From the NCBI GenBank assembly GCA_010093815.1, contig ML996590.1: a DNA stretch of 38,203 nucleotides, one strand, 5' to 3'. The notes beneath the pieces are model-generated. The model was not told the DNA's origin and searched no databases. It saw only the letters and a list, made by a program, of their open reading frames with translations. Of the stretch, positions 25,759 to 37,646 are shown piece by piece. The position numbers and the translations under genes were made by a program. This DNA is from Pseudovirgaria hyperparasitica. Lineage: Eukaryota. How positions within the stretch are numbered: the first letter of the stretch is position 1; the number at the start of each line of letters is the position of its first letter.

Positions 25759-26082
25759 AAGCCTTACGTTTAAGCCGAGTCTCACGTTTAAGTCGAGCCT
25801 TATATTTAAGTCGAGCCTTATACTTAAGTCGAGCCTTACGTTTAAGCTAAGCCTTATATTTAAGTTAAGCCTTACGCTTAAGCCGATCCTTACATTTAAG
25901 CCGAGCCTCACGCTTAAGCCGATCCTTACGTTTAAGCCGAGCCTTACGTTTAAGCCGATCCTTACGTTTAAGTCGAGCCTTACGTTTAAGCTGATCCTTA
26001 CGTTTAAGCCAATCCTTACGTTTAAGCTAAGCCTTACGTTTAAGCCGAGCCTTACGTTTAAGCTAAGCCTTACGCTTAAGTC
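25759..26082 (+). repeat. 18-bp coding tandem repeat x18 (de-RIPed GAG CCT CAC GTT CAA GCC = EPHVQA)
   Basis: 18 contiguous units with no spacers, in frame with the helicase gene. Confidence 0.95.
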
Positions 26083-29000
26083 GAAGCTTATAATATAACT
26101 ACCGTCTTAACCGATAATAAACCACTCGTCTTTAGTATACTTACTAGTAACTACTATTCTAACGACGAGTATAAACTCAAGAAGGTCCAAAGTAGTAAGG
26201 CTCCCGTTCCTACTTATACTACCTATTAGATCTCTCTTATATAGAGCGATCTATAGTTAACCTTTGGGAATATCTATGGTATTAGTAGAGAAATAGATGG
26301 ACTTAAGTAGGAATAAGCAAAAACTTAAGCCGAGCTTAAGCTAGTAGTATTTAAGACTCGTGGTAAAGGTCACGGCTTCGAAGAGTCGATTAGTTATATA
26401 TATAGATTCCTTGAATTCCCTAAGTACCGCTCTTAGATTAAGTTACGTACTCGCTTCTAATGGATTAACAAAGGGAAATTAGTATCCTTAATAAGCTTAC
26501 TCCGCTTTAATCGTACTAATATCCTTCTATTATCCGACTACCCTACGGTATAGATCTTTAAGGTTAAGTAAGTAGGCGACTTCATCGAGTATTTTTCTAA
26601 ACTTCCTAATCTTATTATAAGTGAAGCGGATAAAGCTAATATACTATATATTAACACCGGCCTCTACGAAGACCCTCGCGACTTTTAGATTATCGAACTT
26701 ATAGCTAGCGAGCTTCTTAGTATAGGTTTTACTATTCTATTATATATCGGACCCGATATAATATATAAACGAGTAAAGTAATTCTTCGAAGATCTAGTTG
26801 CTTATACTATAGTTCGTATCTTGCTACCGCTACGTAACCCTATGGATCTTACCAGCTTTAATAATAAGCTTAAACTAGAGAGCGATCTAATTAATTCATG
26901 GTATATAGGAGTTACTACTCTCTATATATAATACGGCATAATAAGTAGGCCGGATAGTTGGCCCTAGATCTCTATTCTCCACCGCGAGTCATTCGATAAG
27001 AAATTTAACTACCTAATATATATTACTATAAGTACCTTGTAAGACGAATAGGCGGATCTCCCATTATTCTAATTCTAAGACGTTACTATTAGGTATATCT
27101 AGCTCTTAGGTGTTACTCGGGCGCTCTTAGCTATCGTCTATCCTATTAATGCGAAAGGATTCTATCGCATAGAACTAGGTAGTCGTAGGTACCTTAAAGT
27201 GGATTTAAAGGATTATAATAACGATACGTACCGCTTTAAAGTCCTTTAATTTCGCCTAGGCGTTCTTCTATTCGAATACCTCGCTCTAAAAGTCTTTAAT
27301 AAGGTTAGGCGTCCTCCTAAAGTACCTAAGGTACCGATTATATTAATGGATGCGGTTACTAATATAACTCGAGCTCGTCCTAAATATTTTATTCGGACTA
27401 GCGACACTAGTTTAAGTACGATTAGGTCGTCTCTTACTACGCTTATAGGGTTTATAGACGTTCCGGCTTTAGTTAGCGTATAAACCTACGATAAGCTTAC
27501 TAAGTAATATATTAATACGTGCTAGAAACTAACCTACCACGCCGTATAAGCTTCTAGAGACGGCGGCGTAGACGACTACGCCGCTTAGGATACGTTTAAT
27601 ACGATGGTCCTTAATATTATCGTAGACTTAGTGTCTATGTCTCTAATATATAGGTCCCCTAACCCTAACGACGAGATTCTAGATTATAGTATAGAGCCTT
27701 AGAATACTCTCGTTACTCTTTCTAAATTATCTATATCCCTAGATAATAATAAGGACACGAATATAGAATATAGTCACGATGTTATTAGCGACGAAGGTTC
27801 TATTACTAGCCCCGTCGCCGATATACATACACTTCTAATATCGTCCAAAGTCCACTCTAGTATTCTATCCCCTTTGCCACCCTCTATATAGGATCTAATA
27901 CTCGGTAATAACTATCTAAATCTTTAACCCGTCGACTACAACCGCTACGTTAAAGATTATGAAAGATTCCACGATCTCTAGGATATTATACGTTCGGAAC
28001 TATCTCCCTAATAATAGTATATCTATATATAGGCGACGGACGTACTTAGGGCTTAGTTCCTACTTCACGGCTATAGAGGAGCTAGGAAGAGCTATTTATA
28101 GCTTCGTCTACTACTAGCTATACTTCTAATTAATAAAATAAACGGTGCTTCTATTATCGCTTATACTACTAAGGTAGTTATCCTATCTAGCGATGTAATA
28201 GCGCACCTCCCTACGCCAGGTTCCACCTAAACATATAGAATATATATATATGTTATTATCGGCCTAACTAACGAAACCTACGACGACGCTATAAGAAAAG
28301 CATATAAATATATAAGTAATATATTTACTTACTATAAGTCTCTAAAGATACCGGTTATTCTTCGAAGATACCCCGAAGCCGTTAATTAAGAGGTTTTCTT
28401 TACTATAGCTAGACTATCTCGTCGCGGCGACCCTCTTATTAGGCCAACCTAGAACGATGTAATAGGCGGTACTATCCTCGCGTAAGCCTAGGCCGACTAT
28501 AGTAAACGACTATCAGAATATAGCACGGATCCCCGTGCTCGTCTATGGGAACTATATACCGGTTACGTTACGCTCGAGGTCGTTAGACTCGTTAAATCTC
28601 GATACTAATATAAATAGATCTCTAAGAATTTCGAGAAAGAAACGGCTCGGCTATTACGCGCTATCTATAAACGTTACGCTTATAATAAGGACATGCCTAA
28701 GAAGGAGTATAATAGGATGAACGAGCTATACCTCGCTACCTAGGACCTAGTTACTATCTACGCCTAGATTTATATAGGGACCCTATATGTTATGAATATC
28801 GCTAAGGTAGTCTATAATATATATCCGATTTTAGTCGTGATGGAAGAGGCTACGTGTATCCTTAAAAGTAATACACTCGGGATTATCGTTAATTATACTA
28901 CTATAGAATAGTAACTAACATTTATTTACGTCGGCGACCTACGCTAGCTCGATACCTACTAGCGTAATAGTACTAATATATAGGCCGCGAACTAGAGGAT

Positions 29001-30081
29001 CTCCTTTATAAAGCGCTAGATATAATATAGTTTCCTAACTACTCGCCTTACTAAGTTAGAACGCTTAGTTCCTAGGATAATAAACGTTATATCGCTAATT
29101 ACTTACTCGGGCGAGCTAACGACCTCGCCCCGCATAATGAATAATATTAATATACTACTCGTAGAGACCGTTTAATAAATATTTAGAATCCGCGGCTATT
29201 AATACGTCGTATACGCTAACATTAACGGGGATCACGCGCACATAGTAAATAACTTAATATATAATATAGACTTATTACGTTTCACTTAGTAGATTATTAC
29301 TAAGCTCTTCTATTATAGCGTTATACTCGATCACGTACTCTATATTTCTATATACGCCGCCTAACGTAATCTGTTTAAAGGGATGGTTAGGAACTCGCTT
29401 CTAACTACACTTACCGCAGTAGATAAAGCTCGATTTAATGCCCTACCTAAGCCGGTATAGAAGCTTGTCTAATGGCGTTCATGGGACGGTTCTTAGAGTT
29501 ATAATAACGATATAGTCCTTATTAACCCGGTCTAAACTAATCGCTTTGGCTTCCTCTCGGAAGTAAACTATAACGTTATTACTATTACGCGCGCTAAATA
29601 GATAATAGTTATTATTACTAACTTCGTATCTCTTAAGAGGTAGAAAGTCCTAGACGGCGTACTTGGCGAGATATAGAATAAGTACTCTAAGATTCATGCA
29701 ATATACACGTGCACGACCCCCGACCTAGATAGCCTCCCTCTACTCTCTAACATACCTAATCTCTAATATAGTCGCCCTATACTTAGTGTTAGAGAGAGGG
29801 GAGAATAAAGTAATTAATAAACTACCGATAGTACTAAGCCCTATAAGCCGCTGGTCTACCGTAAATATAACGTCGAAGGATATAAGTCTATTAAGTATCT
29901 AAGAGGGTCGACGCTTACATGTAATAACTATTAGGACATCGGCCATAAAGCTAATGTTTACTCTAAACCCAAGACGCTTACGGGTACGTTTTACTATAAT
30001 TATAGGACTACCGGTTATACTTAGTGTTATTATCCTAGCCGCACTAAATTACTAGCACGTATAAATAGTAATAATCCAGTT

Positions 30082-30165
30082 AATACTACTAGAGCTAATA
30101 CTACTAGAGCTAATACCACTAGAACTAATACTACTAGAACTAATACTACTAGAGCTAATACTACT
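30082..30165 (+). repeat. 15-bp coding tandem repeat (~5.5 copies, AATACTACTAGAGCT; de-RIPed about DATGA)
   Basis: Read directly; lies in the helicase C-terminal tail. Confidence 0.85.
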
Positions 30166-31180
30166 AACGAAGTAACTACTAGTAGCTAGGACGATAGAGA
30201 CTACGAGGATGCCGGCCGAGACGGTAGTATTATAATATATAAAGATATAGAAGTTAATTAGTAATAGTATACAATTAGACTTACGTGTTAGGGCTACTTA
30301 GTTACGGCTTCTTAGTAAGTATACCTCTATATCCATTTTAGATATAGTCATGACATCCTACTAGGTAGATAGTTTAGCTCTATTAAAGACCTATTAAGGG
30401 TATTTCTATTACGTCTACTCTAGTATAGACGCGCTATTAGATAATACGGCGCTACTAGGCATGTTAACTAGTACCTACTAATTAAGAAATAAACACGATT
30501 CTATATCTACCGCGAGCCCCGGCCTAATAACGTAGGCTTCCTTTAGTTATCCCCTTTATACTTTTAAAACTACTTCTAGTCTTTATATCGGGAGATATTA
30601 CCACCTAAAGAGAAAATATAAAAAAACATACGCCCTAATTAAAGCCTCTACCTTTAGACTTTAACCATGATATATACGGGATATAGTAAACCTAAATATC
30701 GCGTACTTTAAAAGTATGGAAGGATACGATACTTAAATACGACGAAATATAGGCTTATAATACTCGGAGAGTACCTAGGGATAAGCACATGAATATAAAA
30801 TAGGATAAGACCAATGTGGCACCTTATACATGTATGGCCATATACCGTTCTAGATGTAGTTACCTACGATATAATATTACGAGATAAGAATCATGGCTAT
30901 CTAATTCTATTAAGGGTATTAGACGACATGAAGTAAATAACTACACGCCCGACCACGCCACGCTAAGTTACATACGTGTTATAAACGCGTGTTCGAGGAA
31001 TAATAAGGATATAAATAAGGTTCACCTAGTAGGTGCCTCGTTATTCCGGCTTCTACCTCTATTATCCGATCTATACCTCCGTCTTCCTCGCGTCTATGAT
31101 ATACTACGTATATACTATATAATTAGTCTATAAATTATAAATACTATATTAACTATATACGTTAACTACATACGATTAAT

Positions 31181-32477
31181 ATATTAAATCCGATTCTATA
31201 ACAAAGTAACCGTCCGAATATAGTAATTACTATAGTACTACTTCGCATCTTAAGCCTAGATATATAAGTAAAGCGTGAAGCTATGGAGGCGCGTGTAAGG
31301 TAGCTATATATAGAAGTATATACGGCTACTCTACTCGTAGACCATAGACGTTAAACTAAGAACGAGCTTAGCGTAAAAAGAGCACGTGAGATTATTAATA
31401 AGGTAGCGGGCGAATTCCTAGTAGTATAGGAAAGAGTAGTAGAGTATATAGAGATGAAGGCGCTATACTATATCTACGACTAGGTACGCACTATAGTATA
31501 GAAAACCGTATATTATAGAAAAACTATCTCTAAGTGTAAGAAGAGGCGTGTAATTATAGCTCTATATCCTATGACCTTATAATCCCCGCCTATCACGACC
31601 TTATAACCTCTATCTATCGCGACCTTATAACCCCCGTCTATCACGACCTTATAGCTCTCGTATACCACGACCTTATAGTCTATACTCGTAGCGGTCCCAT
31701 AGCCTACTAACGTATATACTATAAGAAAAATTAAATTCATGATTAGATTCGACGATAACGCATTCCTTAAAATACTAGTACCTACGTCTAACTAGTGGAA
31801 AGACTATAGCGACGCTTCGTGTATTAATTTAGTAGTATTTATACGGCGAATTAGGGTCTAATACATAACGAAGACTAGGAGGGTACTTAACTAGAGCCGT
31901 ACTACCATGCATTCTATCGTGCTAGTAGTTAAGTATATAATAAGTAAAACGGAACTAGAGGTAGATATTAGATGGCTCCTATAGTTAGTAATTAAATATA
32001 TCCTAGAATATAGTAATAGTATAATACTCCTCGGCCTTAGATAGAATATAGATAGTATACCTAAAGTAAAACGAAATATAAACCAGCGACTAACACATGA
32101 TAGTATAGACGGCTATATATAGATTACGCTTGAATAAATCCGCCCCTCCGTCCCTAATACTACACTTGCTACGATTAGTATAATAATAGTAATAGAAAGC
32201 TACCGTCTACGATGGTAGAGATACCTACGGAGATGGTATTATAGGTAGTAGATAGCATTACCTAAACGACTTAACCCTTCCTCTAGCGATACTATATATA
32301 CTACTATCGGCACCCGGGAAGTCGCGAGACTAATCTATAAGCTCTAAAGATAGTAACTTCGAAAGCCTTAAAAGTACCTTAGATATAGAGGATATGGATA
32401 TCGCTTTTAAAGACTAATAGGATAATGAAAAGGGTGCTAGAGGTAGTGAGAGTGGCGTGCGTACTTGGCTAAGGTAA
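31181..32477 (+). pseudogene. Orphan cargo gene 3 (helical N-terminal domain, TTLQPPSI repeat linker, C-terminal domain, acidic tail)
   Basis: Coding-like frames MSNPI..NRPNAVIAMVLLRI....KREAMEARVRQL... and KIEFMIGFDDNAFLEIPVPTS.WKDY.... Branch/acceptor GACTAACACATGATAG at ~32088-32103; one frame change before the repeat. Confidence 0.5.
31571..31680 (+). repeat. 24-bp tandem repeat (~4.5 copies, core CTATCACGACCTTATAACC)
   Basis: gaccttata recurs five times at 24-bp spacing. Confidence 0.9.
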
Positions 32478-32818
32478 TGCGATCCGACGTAAGACGGCTT
32501 CTATCTACTATATATCGGTATATGCCCGATTCTACTAGCTATATAACTATGGCGTATATATTCGGTTAAGACGTTATAATACTAGTATAAGCCGGCGTCT
32601 ACCTAGTTCACGTCGGGATACGCCCGGTTCTACTAGCTATATTATTACTACGACTATAATCGTATAAGATCTACTCTAATAATTAAATATTTACTTATAT
32701 ACTTTACTTCCTCCGTACTTATTAAAATTACGTTATAATTACTAAACGCGGTAACTTAACTTCTACCGCCTAAATCTAGTTTTTATATCTTATTACCATT
32801 AACGCCGTCTTACTATCT

Positions 32819-35800
32819 ATGGCCTAAGTCGTATATAGGAATAGATAGGTATAATAAGAGTTACGACTATTCTAGTTTAACTACCGGCTATAGAATAGCT
32901 AACTATAATACGCATATACGACGTACGGAGGCCTTAAGCGTTAGCGCCCTTCTACCTTATATCTAGTACCTCTAAGGCCTATACCTAATACCCGAAATAA
33001 GTTATAATATATATAGGGCTACCATTATTAAGATAGTAAGTAAAGAAGTAGTAATAGAGCTTGAAACTAGTGGCATAGACACTACTATACTCTATAGGAT
33101 AGTTAAGGAAACCGTTACTAGAGAATTTAATTGGCATATCGCGGCTATAAATAGTAAGTTAGTACCGACGGTTACGACCATAGATATAATAGAGACTAAA
33201 CTAGATATAGATACTATAGGCATAGGTACGTAGATATAGTTACCGCTAGAACATAAGGAGAAAGATAATATAGAAGATACTGAAATGGAAGACGACGTAG
33301 CTAGTATGCTTAGACACATATATATACACACGGTCCTAGATACTAACATTAGAGTAGTATCGAATACAGGCGCGGTTATGACTACCGACATAGATAATCT
33401 ACCTATAAATATCGTCGTGCCTAGCGAAGCTTATCTACGCGTAAACATACTAGCTATAGAGATATAGTTATAGTTACCGCTAGAATATACGGAGAAAGAG
33501 AACGTGGAAGATACTAAAATGGAAGACGACGCAGCTAGTATACTTAGACACATATATATATATATATATGGTCCTAGATACTAATATTAGAGTAGTATCG
33601 AAGATAGGTACGGCTATAACTACCGACATAGATAATCTATCTATGAATGTCGTCGTGTCTAGCGAAGCTCATCTACGCGTAAACACACTAGCTATAGAGA
33701 TATAGTTATAGTTACCGTCGGAATATACGGAGAAAGAGAACGTGGAAGATACTAAAATAGAAGACGACGTAGCTAGTATACTTAGATATATATATATATA
33801 TATGGTTCTAGATACTAACATTAGAGTAGTATCGAAGATAGGTGCGCCTATAATTACTAATATAGATAATCTACCTACGAATATCGTCGTGTCTAGCGAA
33901 GCTCATCTACGCGTAAATACACTAGCTATAGAGATATAGTTATAGTTACCGTCGGAACATACAGAGAAAGAGAACGTAGAAGATACTAAAATAGAAGACG
34001 ACGTAGCTAGTATACTTAGATATATATATATATATATATAGTCCTAGATACTAATATTAGAGTAGTGTCGAAGATAGATGCGCCTATGATTACCGATATA
34101 GACAATTCCCCTACGAATGCCGTTGTGCCTCTAGATACCGGCGAGACTTATCTATAGCTGCTAGAAATAAAGAGGACACTCTCGGATAATATAGTAAACC
34201 TAGTCGATTCTCCGAAACGCCTAAAACTAGAATATATTATACTACTAGATATCGACTAGTAGACACGTAAAAACCAGGAACTATTCGGGTTAGTAGATAA
34301 TTTATATAGTAGATATATATCGGATAGTATATTAGCGAATAGCCTTAACTTTAAAATCCTTTCTATAGACGATAACTCTAACGGAGATGAAGTAAAGCTA
34401 GATATAGAGGACTTAATTCCGGTAGATAACGATGTTAGTACGAAACTATAGGAAGCGTAAGTTATACTAAGAAGTAAGTAGGAATATATACTACCATACT
34501 AATGTACCTATAGAATATTCGCCGTTAATAACTCTAATAAAGTAGTCTAAGCTATCTCTTATTATACGGAAGAGATGCGGTTACTTACTATAAGTATATT
34601 TAGGCTTGCGCTAGACGACCTAATAAAGGAGTTCGGCCATATACCTACTCTATATCTAGCCTTTAGTATAAGTGGGTTATATAGGCTATAGGCCGGCTAG
34701 TTACTCACGGTAGTTACTATGTTTAAGTAGCGGGCGGGTCTATGGAAGTACTAGATCTTAGTAGATAGCCTAGGGCTAGAGAAGATAATCGTGCTTATAA
34801 CGTTCATCCGCCTCGCGTTTTATTAGGACTTTCTACGCGATAACATAGAACTTAATCTAGGAAATTACCTATAACCGACTTAAGACTCGGGCATGGATAG
34901 GAAGTGCCTAATATAATCTCTGTATCCGATTAAATATCCGTGTAGCTAGACCAATGATTTTGTCTATGTGCCCCGCCTTTAAGGACTATTTATACTATAC
35001 TACCTAAGGTCCCTTCTAATAGCGCATTAGCCGTAGCGCTTTAAATAGATATATAACGATATAGATAGCATGTTTACCGATTAAATTAATAAACGGAACC
35101 CGATAAAGATAATAGTGCGGCTAGCGTACTCGAAAACCCTTACTAACGCCTCTAGTATCCGATAATTCTCGTATATAGACCGATAATACTTAGCTAAGAG
35201 ATGCCTACACCCCGAATGGGAACATAGCGTCGATATTAGTAATACTACTAAATTCAAGACCGACGAGGAGTATATTATTAGAGCATGGTCGATTCCCGTT
35301 AATAGAACCGCTACTACTAAATTTCCGTCGCGATACGCGAAGAACCATATAATCTATAGTACCGTCTAGAGTATGGAACCCTAATATCTTAAATCTTTTA
35401 AGGGACGCGTGGTTATAAGAGTAAAGAGAGCGAAATAATTTAGTACTAAAAATACTTAAACTCGCGAAGTAGTATTCCTTAGTATATTAATAGTAGACGA
35501 GTTCTATTCCGTAAAGAACCCCGATATAAAACAGTATAAATATACGATATATAATGCCCTTATATTTAGTATATAGGTTAGTATAACGCCCCTCTCGAAT
35601 AGTCTAGTAGATATTCTAGCGGCTATCGAGGTAGGTGCTCCGGATAAGTTACCTAACTATATTAACGATAATACTACTAAAAGGGTATTCGAGAGCCTAT
35701 AGAATAAAACTATAAGGAAGATTATTATAACGTGGTCGAATAAACTCCTTAGTTTAATAAAAGGTAAGCTGGTAGATACGATGGCCGCGATAGTCCGTAG

Positions 35801-36990
35801 GGCATTAGAAACCATAGAAGGTAAGCGTATACTACGTATGGTAGCCGATTAGTATTTACTATTCGTTCTATAACGGGAACTACTAACTAAATGGTTTAAC
35901 GGAGAGGCATGTCTATCTACGATATCAAAGCTAGTAGTAGAGTTTATATCCGTCCCGGCTATAGAACTAGAGAAGATAATTATACGGTTATACGAGAATA
36001 GAGGTAGATAGTTTAATAATCTATAGTCTAACGGAACGCCGCGGGACTCGTAGGTATAATCTACCGCCTAGAGTAAATCGAAAGGGGGTACCGGGTCCGG
36101 GCTTAACGTATACTACTATTAGGCTAGGCTAGCTACTATATATATACTACTTATATACCTTACTAATAAAAAGATAGAAGACGAGTAAATTAATATCACG
36201 CTTACGCGTCGGAGGGATAGTAATAATAGTATACCGAGTAAGATAATTACTAATCCCGTACGCGAAGCGCTTCTATAGCTAGATAAGGCTATGCGAAAGG
36301 AGATAGTATTACTAGCTAATAAACACGCTTCGAAGGTAAACTAGATCCGTAACTTTATTAATAATAACGTTTATAATGAAAGTACTAGACGCGCGCGACG
36401 AACATCCGCCGACCGCCTAGAGAAAATCGTACTTATATGTGCCGTACCGGCAAGCTTAATATTCCTATACTTAGTAAGTGTTTATACTATCTACTAGTAA
36501 CGTAATTTACTAATATATATAGGTACTATATCCATATACACAAGCGAAAATGTTAGTATATTTACTAGCCGGCCTAAGTACGTCCGAATTAAATAAGATA
36601 TATAGATTATTTAGGTCGACTAAGTCGGATTCTCTATATATTCTACTAGTATTAGCTTCGTAGGTCTGCGAAGGACAAGACCTAATAGTCGCCGGTTTTA
36701 TAGTATTAGTAGACTAATACTTACGTAAGGAGACGTGGCCGTAGGCAAGTATAAGATATTATCGCCATGGATAATATCGGCCTATAGTATATATATATAC
36801 TTTGATTTTAGACTATTTAGAGGTCGAGGCTAGACTCGCCGCGTTAGGTAAGGTAATCGAAAGCACGAGGACATAAGCCTTAGACCTAGAAAAAGGAGAT
36901 ATAGCTACGGTAGAGATAGCTATACCTAATATACTAGTAATAGGCGTATACTTTAATCCTATAGAGATATAGTAGCATAGAAGTAAGTAA
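32819..36990 (+). pseudogene. SNF2-family (SWI2/SNF2) ATPase with long acidic repetitive N-terminus (RIP pseudogene; ends approximate)
   Basis: Motif I ILADSPGLGKT (34755-34787); Ia L.CPRSL (~34995); II VDEFHSVKNP.T (35493-35530); III SATPLSNS..DI (~35580); IV EKIVL (~36420); V EGQDLT.A (~36670); VI QA..R.HRHGQ (36742-36774). GTAAGT..CTAAT..AG introns at 34457-34513 and 36474-36522 have lengths that reconcile the reading frames. Confidence 0.88.
33236..34130 (+). repeat. 234-bp (78-aa) coding tandem repeat, ~3.8 copies
   Basis: Units start atagttaccg at 33236, 33470, 33708 and 33942. The ORF-track peptides at 33285 and 33742 are fragments of two units. Confidence 0.95.
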
Positions 36991-37116
36991 GGTAGTCGGT
37001 TAATTAGCTTCTAAGAGACTAGATAGCATGGTAGTATAAATACGAACCGCTGTTTACTCGTGATTACATGTCTATATATATCTATACGTGAAGAGAAATA
37101 AGATATTTATTCTATA

Positions 37117-37436
37117 CCGTTATATAGTAGGACGTTACTATATATACCGGCATATAACGGAATGTTCCGACATGCGCCGGTATATTATAGGATATTCCTA
37201 GATACTCAAAGTATAGTCATAGTATAAAGTAGTATTACTATTATATGCCGGCATATAGTAGGACGTTACTATATATGCCGGTATATAACGGGATCATGTT
37301 CTAATATACTATACGCCGCCGGTATATTATAGAATATTCCTAGATACTTAAAGTATAGTCGTAATATAAAGTAGTATCGCTATACTATGCCGGTATTTAG
37401 TAGGACGTTACTATATATGCCGGTATATAACGGGAT
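37117..37436 (+). repeat. Right subterminal ~131-142-bp tandem repeat (2.3 copies)
   Basis: tagtaggacgttactatatat(a/g)ccgg(c/t)atataacgg at ~37125, ~37256 and ~37398. Confidence 0.9.
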
Positions 37437-37460
37437 TAAACGTTTTCTTAACGTTCGATA

Positions 37461-37640
37461 GAACGATTCTAAAAGAACCGGGACGGCTCTAGGAGAACTA
37501 GAACGACTCCGGGAGGACTAGGACGACTCTAGGAGGATTAGAATAACTCTAGAAGTACCGGGACGACTCTAGGAGGATTAGGACAACTCTAGAAGTACCG
37601 GGACCCATTTAGGATAACTTTAGAAGTACCGGGAGACCTA
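37461..37640 (+). repeat. Right subterminal 20-bp array (~8 copies, GGACGACTCTAGGAGGACTA / ..CTAGAAGTACCG)
   Basis: Read directly; abuts the right TIR. Confidence 0.88.
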
Positions 37641-37646
37641 GAAGCA

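Larger units (their letters stand above)
25609..30264 (+). pseudogene. Upf1-like SF1 RNA helicase (AAA_11/AAA_12) with N-terminal hexapeptide repeat and three C-terminal CCHC zinc knuckles
   Basis: Same frame throughout: Walker A LLHG.GGAGKS (28060-28092); motif Ia GPTNET.DD (~28261); Walker B PILVVMEEA..VLE (28825-28866); VGDPRQL (~28930); SFMERL; Y.AQ (~29352); WDGSQG..DIVLID.VRT...GFL...RNVVAITRAK (~29481-29600); CX2CX4HX4C three times (29857-30036). Probable 54-bp intron at 27472-27525. Confidence 0.88.

Noticed and set aside
25597..25911. ORF-track 104-aa minus-strand ORF (RLGLNV repeats)
   Set aside because: It is the antisense shadow of the 18-bp repeat in the plus-strand helicase gene.
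25759..26082. 18-bp array (and the 15695-15832 array) as a CRISPR array
   Set aside because: The units are contiguous with no unique spacers, there are no cas genes, and the context is eukaryotic RIPed DNA. The first array is an in-frame coding repeat and the second is subterminal.
28535..28720. ORF-track 61-aa plus-strand ORF
   Set aside because: It is out of frame with the helicase motifs on either side and is a chance ORF.
31513..33391. ORF-track minus-strand ORFs 31513-31740 and 33092-33391
   Set aside because: They are antisense shadows of the 24-bp repeat and of the SNF2 N-terminal region.
33285..33939. ORF-track 60-aa and 65-aa ORFs as separate small genes
   Set aside because: They are stop-free fragments of the 234-bp repeat units in the SNF2 pseudogene.
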